From assembly GCA_958436175.1 (NCBI GenBank), contig CAUBJF010000011.1, positions 15,507 through 79,506 of the forward strand: a stretch of DNA of 64,000 bases, in the 5' to 3' direction. The notes below the pieces were generated by a model, which was not told the DNA's origin, searched no databases, and saw only the letters and a list, made by a program, of their open reading frames with translations. The stretch comes from an uncultured Muribaculaceae bacterium (GTDB lineage Bacteria > Bacteroidota > Bacteroidia > Bacteroidales > Muribaculaceae). Position numbers and translations under genes: made by a program. Positions 47,476 through 58,024 of this stretch are shown here, in pieces (positions within the stretch are counted from its first letter, which is position 1; every line of letters begins with the position of its first letter).

Positions 47476-48510
47476 ATGTTCAGGACTGGAATTGTTCTCT
47501 TAATGACCTTTATGGCCTGTCTGGCAGCCTTTGCCGACGATCCTTCACTGGATTCGGCTATCACGGCTCCATTTGTGCAGGGAGAGAAATGGCTTGATAC
47601 TGATGGAAACCCCATTAATGCCCATGGGGCAGGTATGCTGTATCATAACGGTACATACTATATGTATGGCGAATACAAGGTTGGCAAGACCGTGCTGCCG
47701 GAATGGGCTACTTGGGAATGTTACCGGACGGATGTCACCGGTGTCAGCTGCTATTCCTCCAAAGACCTGAGGAACTGGAAATTTGAAGGGCTTGCCCTTG
47801 AAGCCAGCGACGACCCTGCACATGACCTTCACGCATCGAAAGTTCTTGAACGTCCCAAGGTTGTCTATAATTCAAATACAGGTAAGTTTGTGATGTGGGC
47901 CCATGTCGAGAGTGCGGACTATTCCAAGGCTGCGGCCGGTGTCGCTGTCTCCGACACCCCGACTGGGCCTTTCACGTATCTTGGCAGTTTCCGTCCTAAC
48001 GATGCCATGAGCCGCGACCAGACGGTTTTTGTCGATGACGATGGCAAGGCATACCAATTTGCTTCGTCGGAAAACAACGCCACTATGTATATCAACGAAC
48101 TGACAGACGATTATCTAAGGCCAACGGGAAAGTTTACGCGCAACTTTATCGGGGATAGCCGCGAGGCTCCCGCTGTGTTCAAACGCGACGGAAAATATTA
48201 CGTCCTGACATCAGGTTGCTCGGGCTGGGATCCTAATTCTGCGCAGATTGCCGTCGCCGACAATATCATGGGTCCCTGGACAGTGCTCGGCGACCCTTGC
48301 AGGGGCACCGATGCCGACAAGACTTTCTATGCCCAGAGTACCTACGTCCTCCCTGTGGTCGGTCCGGACGGCACTTATCTGGCCATGTTCGACAGATGGG
48401 AAAAAACCGACCTCCAAGATTCAAGATACGTCTGGCTTCCGATAGAATGGTTGCAGGACGGCACGCCGACCATCCCATGGAAGGAAACGGTCGAGATTCC
48501 AACTAATTGA
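47476..48510 (+). CDS. GH43 (subfamily 24-like) exo-beta-1,3-galactanase
   Basis: WLDTDGNPINAHGAG, LERPKV, SRDQTVFVDDDG, REAPA and YAQST. Alternative start is GTG 47470. Confidence 0.85.
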   Translation: MFRTGIVLLMTFMACLAAFADDPSLDSAITAPFVQGEKWLDTDGNPINAHGAGMLYHNGTYYMYGEYKVGKTVLPEWATWECYRTDVTGVSCYSSKDLRNWKFEGLALEASDDPAHDLHASKVLERPKVVYNSNTGKFVMWAHVESADYSKAAAGVAVSDTPTGPFTYLGSFRPNDAMSRDQTVFVDDDGKAYQFASSENNATMYINELTDDYLRPTGKFTRNFIGDSREAPAVFKRDGKYYVLTSGCSGWDPNSAQIAVADNIMGPWTVLGDPCRGTDADKTFYAQSTYVLPVVGPDGTYLAMFDRWEKTDLQDSRYVWLPIEWLQDGTPTIPWKETVEIPTN

Positions 48511-48812
48511 CACACAATAGGTATCTGTAAAGGGAAAAGATTGTTTTAGGTTTATTTCATTAAGAGCAAAAATCCCATCTGCAACCTATTCATTGTATAA
48601 AATTTCTATATCTCTCCATTGTCTTGATTTCCCTGGATTTGTCCGTGATCTTGGTTTACCAGCCGCCGTCATGTCGGGCAAACTGGTAGATAGAATAATA
48701 ATAGCTGGTTAGTTATTGCAGTATTTGATATATCAACCATAGCCCTTATGTTACCATAATATTTTGTGGGTAAATATGGGCTTAATATTTGAGATATTGT
48801 CGAGTAAAGGGT

Positions 48813-48852
48813 AAAAAAGCAACGCGGCGACAGGAATCCTGTCGCCGCGTTG
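48813..48852 (-). terminator. Terminator of the frd/sdh operon
   Basis: 16-bp perfect inverted repeat caacgcggcgacagga / tcctgtcgccgcgttg with an A6 tract on its left. Confidence 0.9.
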
Positions 48853-48873
48853 GCTATTGGGTGATGCTGAAGT

Positions 48874-49629
48874 TTATTCAGAGCATTTTGCGTTGATGAA
48901 TTCGCGGTTGAGACGTGCGATGTTGCTCAGCGAGATGTTCTTGGGGCATTCGGCGGCGCAGGCACCGGTGTTGGTACAGTTGCCGAAGCCGAGTTCGTCC
49001 ATCTTGCGTACCATTGCGCGGGCACGGCGTTTGCGTTCCACCTGACCCTGGGGAAGGAGTGCGAACTGGCTGACCTTTGCGGATACGAAGAGCATAGCGG
49101 AACCGTTCTTGCAGGCTGCCACGCATGCGCCGCAGCCGATACATGTTGCGGAGTCCATCGCTGTGTCGGCGATTTCCTTGCTGATGGGAAGGTTGTTGGC
49201 ATCCTGGGCACCGCCGCAGTTGAAGCTGACGTAGCCGCCGGCCTGCTGGATCTGGTCGAAGGCGTTGCGGTTGACCATGAGGTCGCGGATTACGGGGAAT
49301 GCTGCCGAGCGCCAGGGTTCGATGGTGATAGTCTCGCCGTCGTGGAACTTGCGCATGTGGAGCTGGCATGTTGTGATGCCCTGGACGGGGCCGTGGGGAT
49401 GTCCGTTGATATAGAGCGAGCACATACCGCAGATGCCTTCGCGGCAGTCGTTGTCGAATACTACGGGTTCCTCGCCTTTTTCAACAAGCTGCTGATTGAG
49501 CATGTCCAGCATTTCGAGGAAGCTGCTACCTGTCGACACATTGTCGAGATGGTAGTTGACGAACTGTCCTTTTTCCTTGGGACCACGTTGACGCCAAATT
49601 TTCAGGTTTACGCTGATTGTATGTTCCAT
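48874..49629 (-). CDS. sdhB: Fumarate reductase/succinate dehydrogenase Fe-S subunit
   Basis: [20 protein letters not shown] and [12 protein letters not shown]. Start MEHTIS at 49629. Confidence 0.95.
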   Translation of the reverse strand: MEHTISVNLKIWRQRGPKEKGQFVNYHLDNVSTGSSFLEMLDMLNQQLVEKGEEPVVFDNDCREGICGMCSLYINGHPHGPVQGITTCQLHMRKFHDGETITIEPWRSAAFPVIRDLMVNRNAFDQIQQAGGYVSFNCGGAQDANNLPISKEIADTAMDSATCIGCGACVAACKNGSAMLFVSAKVSQFALLPQGQVERKRRARAMVRKMDELGFGNCTNTGACAAECPKNISLSNIARLNREFINAKCSE

Positions 49630-49691
49630 AATATTATATGTAGTGTATTTGGTAGGCACCGTTGAGGACAGCGGTGCCCCGTGGTTTATTT

Positions 49692-51719
49692 TTAGGACTT
49701 GTAGTTACGTGTCTGTACCTGGATTGCTTCGTACTTGAGGGGCTCCTTGATGAGGATAGGCTTCTCGTCGTCGCCGGTGTACTTCCAGCAGGATACATAC
49801 ATGTACTCGTCGTCGCGGCGGGCAGCCTCGCCGTCCGGTGTCTGGTATTCTTCGCGGAAGTGTGCGCCGCAGGATTCGTTGCGGTTCAGTGCGTCGATAG
49901 CCATCATCTTGGCGATGACGAGGAAGTCTTCAAGACGGAGTGCCTTTTCGAGCTCGGTATTGAGGTCGTCGGCCTTACCAACGATGCGGAGATCGGTGTA
50001 GAATTCCTTGCGTACTTCTTCGATTTCGTCGAGGGCTTTGACGAGTCCCTGGAGGGTACGGCCCATGCCGACGAGGTTCCACATTACGTGGCCGAGGCGC
50101 TTGTGGATTTCATCGGGGCTCTTGGTACCCTTGATGTCCATGAGCTTCTGGATACGAGCGCGGACGCCAGCCTCTGCTTTGTCGAATTCGGGTGCGTCGG
50201 TCTTGAAGCGAGGCACTTTGATCTGGTCGCTGAGGTAGTTCTGCATGGTGTAGGGAAGTACGAAGTAACCGTCGGCAAGACCCTGCATGAGGGCGGATGC
50301 ACCGAGGCGGTTTGCGCCGTGGTCGGAGAAGTTGCATTCGCCGATAGCGAAGAGGCCCTTGATGGATGTCTGGAGTTCGTAGTCGACCCAGATACCGCCC
50401 ATAGTGTAGTGGCTGGCGGGGAAGATCATCATAGGAGTCTCATAGGGGTTGTCGTCCGATATCATCTGGTACATATCGAAGAGGTTGCCGTAGCGGTCGC
50501 GGACAACATCTTTGCCGAGGCGGTCGATAGCGTACTTGAAGTCGAGGTAGACGGCGTTGCCTGTACCTACGCCGTAGCCTGCGTCGCAGCGTTCCTTGGC
50601 GGCACGGCTGGCGATGTCGCGGGGGCAGAGGTTACCGAAGGCGGGATAGCGGCGTTCGAGATAGAAGTCGCGGTCCTCGTCGGGGATATCGGTCGGTTTC
50701 TTTTTGCCTGCGCGGATTGCTTCTGCATCTTCTTTCTTTGCAGGTACCCAGATGCGGCCGTCGTTACGGAGGGATTCGCTCATGAGTGTGAGCTTGCTCT
50801 GGTCTTCGCCGTGGACGGGGATACATGTGGGGTGGATCTGTGTGAAGGCGAGGTTGGCGAGGTAAGCGCCTTTCTTGAATGCCTGGATGGCGGCGGAGCC
50901 GTTGCAGCCCATGGCGTTTGTCGAGAGGAAGAATGCACGTCCGTAGCCGCCTGTTGCGAGGACTACGGCATGAGCGGCGTAGCGTTCGATTTCGCCGGTG
51001 ATGAGGTTGCGGACGATGATACCGCGGGCACGGCCGTCGATGATGACGATGTCGAGCATTTCGCGACGGTTGAAGGAGCGTACTGTTCCCTTGTTGATCT
51101 GACGGTTGAGCGAGCTGTACGCGCCGAGCAGGAGCTGCTGGCCTGTCTGGCCTTTGGCATAGAATGTACGGCTCACCTGTGCGCCGCCGAAGGAACGGTT
51201 GGCAAGGAGGCCGCCGTATTCACGTGCGAAAGGCACGCCCTGCTGTACGCACTGGTCGATGATGTTGTTCGACACTTCGGCAAGACGGTAGACGTTGGCT
51301 TCGCGCGAACGGAAGTCGCCGCCCTTGACGGTGTCGTAGAAGAGACGGTAGACGGAGTCGCCGTCGTTCTGGTAGTTCTTGGCTGCATTGATACCGCCCT
51401 GTGCTGCGATAGAGTGTGCGCGGCGGGGGCTGTCCTGGATGCAGAAGTTATATACGTTGAAGCCCATTTCGCCGAGGGTGGAGGCTGCCGATGCGCCTGC
51501 GAGGCCGGTGCCGACGACGATGATGTCGAGGTTGCGCTTGTTGGCCGGGTTCACCAGGTGCTGGTGGGCTTTGTAATTGGTCCATTTCTCAGCGATAGGA
51601 CCTTCCGGAATCTTGGAGTCGATCGTGTATTCAGGCAGTTTGCCGCTTTCGATGTCGGCGAAATCATGCATGATAGGGCTGGAATCGATCATGCCCTCAA
51701 GGTTGAGTTTCTGTGCCAT
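49692..51719 (-). CDS. sdhA: Fumarate reductase/succinate dehydrogenase flavoprotein
   Basis: [37 protein letters not shown] and ESCGAHFR. Confidence 0.96.
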   Translation of the reverse strand: MAQKLNLEGMIDSSPIMHDFADIESGKLPEYTIDSKIPEGPIAEKWTNYKAHQHLVNPANKRNLDIIVVGTGLAGASAASTLGEMGFNVYNFCIQDSPRRAHSIAAQGGINAAKNYQNDGDSVYRLFYDTVKGGDFRSREANVYRLAEVSNNIIDQCVQQGVPFAREYGGLLANRSFGGAQVSRTFYAKGQTGQQLLLGAYSSLNRQINKGTVRSFNRREMLDIVIIDGRARGIIVRNLITGEIERYAAHAVVLATGGYGRAFFLSTNAMGCNGSAAIQAFKKGAYLANLAFTQIHPTCIPVHGEDQSKLTLMSESLRNDGRIWVPAKKEDAEAIRAGKKKPTDIPDEDRDFYLERRYPAFGNLCPRDIASRAAKERCDAGYGVGTGNAVYLDFKYAIDRLGKDVVRDRYGNLFDMYQMISDDNPYETPMMIFPASHYTMGGIWVDYELQTSIKGLFAIGECNFSDHGANRLGASALMQGLADGYFVLPYTMQNYLSDQIKVPRFKTDAPEFDKAEAGVRARIQKLMDIKGTKSPDEIHKRLGHVMWNLVGMGRTLQGLVKALDEIEEVRKEFYTDLRIVGKADDLNTELEKALRLEDFLVIAKMMAIDALNRNESCGAHFREEYQTPDGEAARRDDEYMYVSCWKYTGDDEKPILIKEPLKYEAIQVQTRNYKS

Positions 51720-51731
51720 ATCACTGATAGC

Positions 51732-52745
51732 TTATTTGTTGTCGGAATTTTTCTGTGTTTGAACGTTTTTGGCATGCTCGACATTGCCTCGTACGTAGCT
51801 TGCGAACTGGGGAAGCTGCATGAGGATGGGGGTCTTGATGCCGGGAGCCTGGATGGAGGCGTACTTGTCGATGGCTTCAGCCATGTTGGCATAGTCCTCG
51901 CCTTCGTTGACCCAGAAGTTGATACGTGCTTCGTTGTCGTTCTGGTCGATGGCGGCTGCTGTGTTCTGGAAGTCTTCGATGAGAGCTTCGGCCTTATTGC
52001 TCCAGTATTCGCCGTACTGTTCCTGGAGGGCTGGATCGGTAATATAGTCACCTTTCTGTGCCTTGACGGTGAAGACGATGGCCTGTGCCACGAACAGAAG
52101 GACTACGATGCTTGTCCACCAGCATGCGATTTTCTTGAGGCGGGGCAGCCAGGTGATGTTGTTCCAGCCGATGGTCTGGAACATCGACCAGAAGCCGTGG
52201 TTCATATGGAACCAGAGGGCTACGAAACCGATAATGTAGACAACGGGTGTCCACCACTGTTCGAAAGCAAGCTGTAGGAAGAGAGTACCGAACTGGGGTG
52301 CGGCGGGTGCTTCTGCAACGGTGGGAAGCACGTCGAGTTCATGATGGAGGAGCTCCTGGAGCTGCATCTTGGACCAGAACTGTACCATGTGGACGCACAG
52401 GAAGGCCAGCACGACGATACCCAGGACGAGCATGTTTTTCGACGACCATTCAACGCCGGGATAGTGGGCGTTGACTTTGTAACGGTCATTGCCGCGTGCC
52501 TTGCGGTTCTGGACGGTAAGCCACAACGCATAGACGATATGGATGATGAACAGCAGGGCGAGACCCATGGATGCGATCAAGGCATACCAGTTAGCTCCTA
52601 AAAACTCGCAGACAGCGTTATAGGCTGTCGGCCAGCAAAGGGCTACCGCATTCATCAGAACGTGAAAAGTTACGAATAGGACAAGGCAGATGCCCGTGAT
52701 GGCCATCACGAACTTCCTTCCTATAGATGAGCTTGTTAACCACAT
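51732..52745 (-). CDS. sdhC: Fumarate reductase/succinate dehydrogenase cytochrome b subunit, with long C-terminal extension
   Basis: SSIGRKFVMAITG, five TMs with His ligands and HGFWSMFQTIG. -7 box TAAATTTG at 52806-52813. Confidence 0.93.
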   Translation of the reverse strand: MWLTSSSIGRKFVMAITGICLVLFVTFHVLMNAVALCWPTAYNAVCEFLGANWYALIASMGLALLFIIHIVYALWLTVQNRKARGNDRYKVNAHYPGVEWSSKNMLVLGIVVLAFLCVHMVQFWSKMQLQELLHHELDVLPTVAEAPAAPQFGTLFLQLAFEQWWTPVVYIIGFVALWFHMNHGFWSMFQTIGWNNITWLPRLKKIACWWTSIVVLLFVAQAIVFTVKAQKGDYITDPALQEQYGEYWSNKAEALIEDFQNTAAAIDQNDNEARINFWVNEGEDYANMAEAIDKYASIQAPGIKTPILMQLPQFASYVRGNVEHAKNVQTQKNSDNK

Positions 52746-52948
52746 AAGATGATTGATTTTTTATTGATTTGTGAAATGTGTGTTTGTCTTGGGCTTAATT
52801 TTATGCAAATTTAGTGAACTTTCGTCACCATAGCAACTAAATCATCAAAAAAAACAGTCACGCGCCTTCCTGAACCTTTTTCTTCTTTTCGGGACCCGGC
52901 TTTTCAAATGTATGATGCTTTATCATCAAGAATAATCTCCTGCAATCT

Positions 52949-53218
52949 TTATTTGTGAGTGAGAGATTCTCTCTTTTCTCTCTCTTCTTTAAGTTCTTTA
53001 ATTTCTTTATATTCTTTGTTTGTGTCAACTAAGTTGTAAACCAAGGTGTCAACTAAGCTGTCCATTATGGTGTCAACCAAGGTGCCAGGTAGGCTCATAT
53101 AAATTACAATTATACAGGTGGTTATGTCGGCGATTGGCCTGTCAATGATTTGATGCCAGGATGGGTCTGTTTCTCGTTCGGTTTGTGAGAATATGGTTTT
53201 GAGTATTGGATTGTTCAT
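52949..53218 (-). pseudogene. Short ORF, probable remnant of a phage-type replication initiator
   Basis: LVDT-type 4-aa repeats followed by NKEYKEIKELKEERE, an architecture resembling the linker of phage replisome organisers. Confidence 0.4.
52986..53092. repeat. Tandem repeats: 4 x 9-bp (TCTTT period) and 6 x 12-bp degenerate units
   Basis: From 53021: tgtgtcaactaa, gttgtaaaccaa, ggtgtcaactaa, gctgtccattat, ggtgtcaaccaa, ggtgccaggtag. Confidence 0.85.
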
Positions 53219-53347
53219 GATGGTGCGTCTTTGGGTTACGCGCAAATATAAGACATCCGTAAGAGGACACACCTTCAATCCGCACATCCTGTCTCATTAA
53301 CATTTCGACTTTTTCTCGTCCAAGATCAAAAAAGCATCTGTGTGGGT

Positions 53348-53379
53348 AAAAAAAGCCCCGGGCTCGGATGAGTCCGGGG
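53348..53379 (-). terminator. Terminator after the guaA-lipoprotein unit
   Basis: Stem ccccgggctc / gagtccgggg with an A7 tract on its left. Confidence 0.8.
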
Positions 53380-53408
53380 TATGTCGCTTTTCGTAGCTTG
53401 TAAGTGGT

Positions 53409-53924
53409 CTATTTGTGTTGGAGCTGAAGGATGAGCGGTTGACAGCCCTCGAAGCCATTGCGTATATAGCGCAGACATATCGATGGATTGGCAACAGCTT
53501 CGCTTTGGGTTACAGGTAGCCTGAACATGCCCTCGAAGGGATGTGGCACGGCGATTTTGTCCATCAGAACCTTGACCGAAGGAGCCTCGGGAAGTGCCAT
53601 ATATTCCTTGTAGGTATAGGAAGTGAAAGCCGATGTAGGACTGATGCCACGACGGTCGAGGTACCACCCGTCGCCCAGTGAATAGGGCATCGAGGCTTCC
53701 GTCAGGTCGCTTGGAGCAGGGTAGGACACTATCTCCGTTCCGCTCTTGTCGAGGGTGACGGGCACGAGGTCTGCGCAACTTTCCGGAGCTTTATAGACTA
53801 CGGCTTTAGGAAGGTAGCTGTCGGTTGCCATGTGTGCCGATGTTGCCTTGACTTCGTTTTTATGAGGGGTACATGCCCCGGCGGCAAGTGCTCCAAACAT
53901 CAGTACGCCTAACATCTTGTTCAT
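53409..53924 (-). CDS. Conserved hypothetical lipoprotein
   Basis: Lipobox AGAC; VPVTLD...IVSYPAPSD...GWYLDRRGI. Confidence 0.8.
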   Translation of the reverse strand: MNKMLGVLMFGALAAGACTPHKNEVKATSAHMATDSYLPKAVVYKAPESCADLVPVTLDKSGTEIVSYPAPSDLTEASMPYSLGDGWYLDRRGISPTSAFTSYTYKEYMALPEAPSVKVLMDKIAVPHPFEGMFRLPVTQSEAVANPSICLRYIRNGFEGCQPLILQLQHK

Positions 53925-53947
53925 AGTTCTTCAGCTGTCTATGTGTC

Positions 53948-55483
53948 TTACTCCCACTCGATTGTGGATGGCGGTTTGGACGAGATGTCGTAGCATACAC
54001 GGTTGACGCCGCGCACCTTGCGGATAATTTCGTTGCTGACCTTGGCGAGGAACTCGTAGGGGAGATGCGCCCAGTCGGCTGTCATGGCATCGGTAGATGT
54101 CACGGCACGGAGGGCTACGGCGCGTTCGTAGGTGCGTTCGTCGCCCATCACACCGACGCTCTGCACGGGAAGCAGGATGACACCAGCCTGCCATACCTTG
54201 TCGTAGAGACCCCAGTCGCGCAGACCCTGGATGAAAATGTGGTCGGCTTCCTGGAGGACAGCAACTTTCTCGCGGGTGATGTCTCCGAGGATACGCACTG
54301 CCAGACCGGGACCCGGGAAGGGATGGCGTGTGATGAGACGTTCGGGCATTCCGAGAGCACGGCCTACGGCACGTACCTCGTCCTTGAAGAGAAGGCGGAG
54401 AGGTTCGCACAGCTTGAGGTTCATTCTCTCGGGGAGGCCGCCTACGTTGTGGTGGCTCTTGATGACGGTACCTGTGATGGACAACGACTCTATGCAGTCG
54501 GGGTAGATAGTGCCCTGAGCGAGCCACTTGGCATCGGTAATCTTCGATGCTTCATGGTCGAAGACCTCGATGAAGTCGGCACCGATGATTTTGCGTTTGC
54601 GTTCGGGGTCGGTCACGCCCTTGAGATCGCTGAAAAATTTCTCAGAGGCATCGACACCTATCACGTTGAGCCCGAGACCTTCGTAGTCGCGAAGTACGTC
54701 GGCGAATTCGTTCTTGCGGAGCATGCCGTGGTCGACGAAGATACATGTCAGGTTCTTGCCGATGGCGCGGTTGAGGAGTACGGCGGCTACCGACGAGTCG
54801 ACACCGCCACTGAGGCCGAGAATCACGCGGTCGTTGCCGAGCTTGGCTTTGAGTTCGGCGACTGTCGTGTCGATGAAGGAAGCTGCGCTCCAGGAGCATG
54901 ATGCTCCGCAGACACCTACTGCGAAGTTCTTGAGAAGTGCCATGCCACATTCGCTGTGGTATACTTCAGGATGGAACTGGACACCCCAGGTCTTCTCGCC
55001 GTCGGGGGCGGCGAAAGCGGCGAATTTCACCTCGGGTGTCGAGGCTACGCATGTGAAGCCTTCGGGAAGTGCCGTGATGGTGTCGCCGTGGCTCATCCAT
55101 ACCTGTGCACCAGGTTCTATGCCTTCGAAAAGAGGGCACGAAGGCTCGATGTACGAAAGATGTGCCCGGCCATATTCGCGTGTTGGAGCCGGTTCGACAG
55201 CGCCTCCTAAATCATAAGCCATCAGCTGAGCTCCGTAGCAGATGCCGAGCAGAGGGATACGGCCGCGGAGGCGGCTAAGGTCAAGTTTGAAGGAATCAGG
55301 GTCGTAGACACTGAGCGGGCTGCCAGACAGAATAACACCTATGATACCTTCCTCAGCCTCGCGGCCGAAGGGATACTTATTGTACGGTATTATTTCACTG
55401 TAGATTGAGAGCTCTCGGATGCGTCGCCCGATAAGCTGCGTTGTCTGCGAGCCAAAATCAAGAATGACGATTTTCTCCTGCAT
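53948..55483 (-). CDS. guaA: GMP synthase (glutamine-hydrolysing)
   Basis: [35 protein letters not shown] and KPPSTIEWE. Confidence 0.98.
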   Translation of the reverse strand: MQEKIVILDFGSQTTQLIGRRIRELSIYSEIIPYNKYPFGREAEEGIIGVILSGSPLSVYDPDSFKLDLSRLRGRIPLLGICYGAQLMAYDLGGAVEPAPTREYGRAHLSYIEPSCPLFEGIEPGAQVWMSHGDTITALPEGFTCVASTPEVKFAAFAAPDGEKTWGVQFHPEVYHSECGMALLKNFAVGVCGASCSWSAASFIDTTVAELKAKLGNDRVILGLSGGVDSSVAAVLLNRAIGKNLTCIFVDHGMLRKNEFADVLRDYEGLGLNVIGVDASEKFFSDLKGVTDPERKRKIIGADFIEVFDHEASKITDAKWLAQGTIYPDCIESLSITGTVIKSHHNVGGLPERMNLKLCEPLRLLFKDEVRAVGRALGMPERLITRHPFPGPGLAVRILGDITREKVAVLQEADHIFIQGLRDWGLYDKVWQAGVILLPVQSVGVMGDERTYERAVALRAVTSTDAMTADWAHLPYEFLAKVSNEIIRKVRGVNRVCYDISSKPPSTIEWE

Positions 55484-55511
55484 GTTATGAAGAGTTCTTG
55501 TTTATTTTTCG

Positions 55512-55539
55512 CAAAGATAGATAAAATTTTGTAATTTTG
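55512..55539. promoter_or_regulatory. Back-to-back divergent -7 elements for guaA and the DUF4421 gene
   Basis: Minus-strand TATCTTTG (55512-55519) and plus-strand TAATTTTG (55532-55539) in a 64-bp gap. Confidence 0.6.
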
Positions 55540-55547
55540 CTTTCTCT

Positions 55548-56609
55548 ATGAGACCAAAATATATCTGCCGATATTTCATGATTTTGCTCCTGCTGAGTAT
55601 TTCTTGTTCAGCATCAGCTCTTTCGCTGTCTTTGGACTCAATAGCCGCCTGGGGAAAGTTTCCACGTTTCATTGTAAATACCTATCGTTGGGGTGATCAT
55701 TTCTTCAATGGCTACGATACTACCTATGTTGCCTCCACAGGTTATAAATTTAATGCGAAGGTAGTGTCGGAAAGCTGGCTTGATGGATACTCCTTCCGTA
55801 TGCCCTCGAACAAATATGTGCTTATGCACTCAGATCCCTCGACATCTATCGGTCTGTACCTCACATATCTCGCCGTCTCAGCGGGATATGATGTCAACCT
55901 CAGTAAGCTCTTAAACGGTGTCGACCGTTCGCGCCAGCGTTTACGTTTCGGTTTCAACTGCATGCTTTTCGCCGCCGAGATATATCTTGTCAAGAACGAT
56001 GTGGGGACCACCATAAAGCGTTTCGGCGACTATCACGACCCGGAGCACCTCAACCTACCCTTCAACAATATAAACAATAATACCTGGGGTATCGATGCCT
56101 ACTATTTCTTTAACCACAAGAGATATTCCGAGGCCGCGGCATTCAATTTCAGCCGTCTGCAACGTCGTTCCCAGGGCGCTTTCTATACCGGACTGTCCAT
56201 CTATACCCAGAAGCTGGACTTCGACTTCAGCTCATTGCCGCCTAATCTCCTGCAACAGATAGAACCATATCTACATAACATGCATTACATGGTCCATACC
56301 CACAATTATGCTTTGCGTCTGGGGTACGGATATAACTGGGTGTTCGCCCGAAACTGGAACCTTGGAGTCAGCGAATCGCCCATAATCGGAATCCGGAAAG
56401 GTTTCGTGAACTCCGATATCGAGAAGGTATCGTTCTCCCTCTACAACCGTCTCAAGTTATCAGTGGTCTGGAACAGCCCTGACAGCCGCCTATTCTTCGG
56501 TGTCATAGGCAAGTTCGACACAGCAATTGTCAACGAACAGAAGACCACTTATGCAGGAGCTGTCCTCAGTGGTGAGGCTATTTTCGGTGTCCGATTCAAT
56601 CTATGGTAG
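55548..56609 (+). CDS. DUF4421 family outer-membrane protein
   Basis: Signal peptide, YDTTYV, YYFFNHKRYS.AAAF...QRRSQG, GYGYNWV and terminal GVRF. Confidence 0.78.
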   Translation: MRPKYICRYFMILLLLSISCSASALSLSLDSIAAWGKFPRFIVNTYRWGDHFFNGYDTTYVASTGYKFNAKVVSESWLDGYSFRMPSNKYVLMHSDPSTSIGLYLTYLAVSAGYDVNLSKLLNGVDRSRQRLRFGFNCMLFAAEIYLVKNDVGTTIKRFGDYHDPEHLNLPFNNINNNTWGIDAYYFFNHKRYSEAAAFNFSRLQRRSQGAFYTGLSIYTQKLDFDFSSLPPNLLQQIEPYLHNMHYMVHTHNYALRLGYGYNWVFARNWNLGVSESPIIGIRKGFVNSDIEKVSFSLYNRLKLSVVWNSPDSRLFFGVIGKFDTAIVNEQKTTYAGAVLSGEAIFGVRFNLW

Positions 56610-56730
56610 AAGTCGGTAGCTTTATCTCCGATAAATTATGATTTTTTGTATTATCTTGAACAAAGTTTTAAACCGGAGCGTTACTATTTCAAAATAACGA
56701 AAACAAGTCTAACAAAACAATTCAACCAAA

Positions 56731-57936
56731 ATGAAAAAGAATGTTCTTTTGACCGCCGCAATGTCGTGCGCAGTCTTAGTGCCTGCAATTCAGGCCAAGG
56801 CTCAGGAAACAGTGGTAGTGGAAGAAGAGTCTGTCGCAGTTTCCGAAGTTCCGTGCAAGACACATTACTATGTAGATAAGACCGACAACTGGTTCATACA
56901 GCTTGGTGCCGGTGTTGCCCTGCCTCTCGTCGAGGGTGTCAACTCCAAGGGCGACCGTGAACGCCATTATACTGTCAACTACAACCTCGGTTTCGGTAAA
57001 TGGTTCTCTCCTTATGTAGGCTGGCGTCTCGCATTCAACGGAGGTCCTCTCCACTGGGAAAGCCTCGGCATGTATAAGGCCAAATACGTTGGAGCTAACG
57101 TAGATTTCATGTGGGATATGTTCAATTCCCTCGGAGGTGTAAACAGCAGCCGCGTGTTCTCCATCATCCCCTTCGTAGGTCTTGGCGGCACATATCTCTG
57201 GGATGAAAGACCCTCCGGCGATATCAGCGGACATAAGGGTGGCAAAAAGACCTCTTCATGGACGCTCCCCGTATCCGGCGGTCTCCAGCTGCGCTTCCGT
57301 CTCTGCAAGTATGTAGACTTCTTCGCCGAAGCACGTGCTTCCATGTACGGTGACAACTTCAATAACATCGCCTTCGGTCGTCCTGTCGATATCAATCTTA
57401 CCGCAAATGCCGGTCTGACAATCACTTTCGGCGGTCGCGACTATCAGACATATAATCCATGCGACTACCTCGGATATATCGACAACCTCAACAACCAGGT
57501 CAACGACCTCCGCGGTGCCCTCGCTACCACCGGTGCTGCTCTCGCTGCTGCTGAAGCACAGCTTCCTTGCCCCGAAGTCGTAGAAGCTGAAACTACAGTT
57601 GTCGAAGCTGCTCCTCTGATGGCTACTGTACGCTTCTCTCTCAACTCGGCCAAGATAACAAATACCGAAATGGTCAACGTCTACAATATTGCCGAATGGA
57701 TGAAGGCTAATCCCGATCAGAACGTCGCTATCGTCGGCTACGCTGACAAGGATACCGGTACGAGTGAATACAATATGGGTCTTTCCAAGCGTCGTGCTCA
57801 GGCTGTATTCGATACCCTCACCAATAAGTACGGTATCAACCCCGACCGTCTTTCCATCCAGGCAGAAGGCAGCAACGTTCAGCCTTACGATGTCAACAAC
57901 TGGAACCGTATTGTAATCTTCAACGTCGCCCAGTAA
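56731..57936 (+). CDS. OmpA family outer-membrane protein
   Basis: N-terminal beta-barrel (GKWFSPYVGWR), coiled linker and PG-binding domain VGYADKDTG...NMGLSKRRAQAV. Confidence 0.93.
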   Translation: MKKNVLLTAAMSCAVLVPAIQAKAQETVVVEEESVAVSEVPCKTHYYVDKTDNWFIQLGAGVALPLVEGVNSKGDRERHYTVNYNLGFGKWFSPYVGWRLAFNGGPLHWESLGMYKAKYVGANVDFMWDMFNSLGGVNSSRVFSIIPFVGLGGTYLWDERPSGDISGHKGGKKTSSWTLPVSGGLQLRFRLCKYVDFFAEARASMYGDNFNNIAFGRPVDINLTANAGLTITFGGRDYQTYNPCDYLGYIDNLNNQVNDLRGALATTGAALAAAEAQLPCPEVVEAETTVVEAAPLMATVRFSLNSAKITNTEMVNVYNIAEWMKANPDQNVAIVGYADKDTGTSEYNMGLSKRRAQAVFDTLTNKYGINPDRLSIQAEGSNVQPYDVNNWNRIVIFNVAQ

Positions 57937-57972
57937 TTCTTCTGAATCCAACACAATCTATACCTAAATAAT

Positions 57973-58000
57973 GAGAGGCCCCCATCTGGGGGCCTCTTTT
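57973..58000. terminator. Terminator between ompA and the convergent gene
   Basis: Stem agaggccccca / tgggggcctct followed by ttt. Confidence 0.85.
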
Positions 58001-58024
58001 CGTCGTAGAGTTCCGAGAAAAGTA

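Noticed and set aside
51720..51734. Programmed stop read-through making an SdhC-SdhA fusion
   Set aside because: The in-frame arrangement has a 1-in-3 chance, TAA is the least leaky stop, and the likely periplasmic SdhC C-terminus is incompatible with a cytoplasmic SdhA.
49662..52277. 871-aa plus-strand ORF antisense to sdhA/sdhC
   Set aside because: It lies in exact codon register opposite two in-frame, strongly biased genes and has no recognisable motifs. This is a typical antisense shadow.
53021..53092. Possible CRISPR array
   Set aside because: The units are 12 bp, degenerate and contiguous, with no unique spacers and no cas genes.
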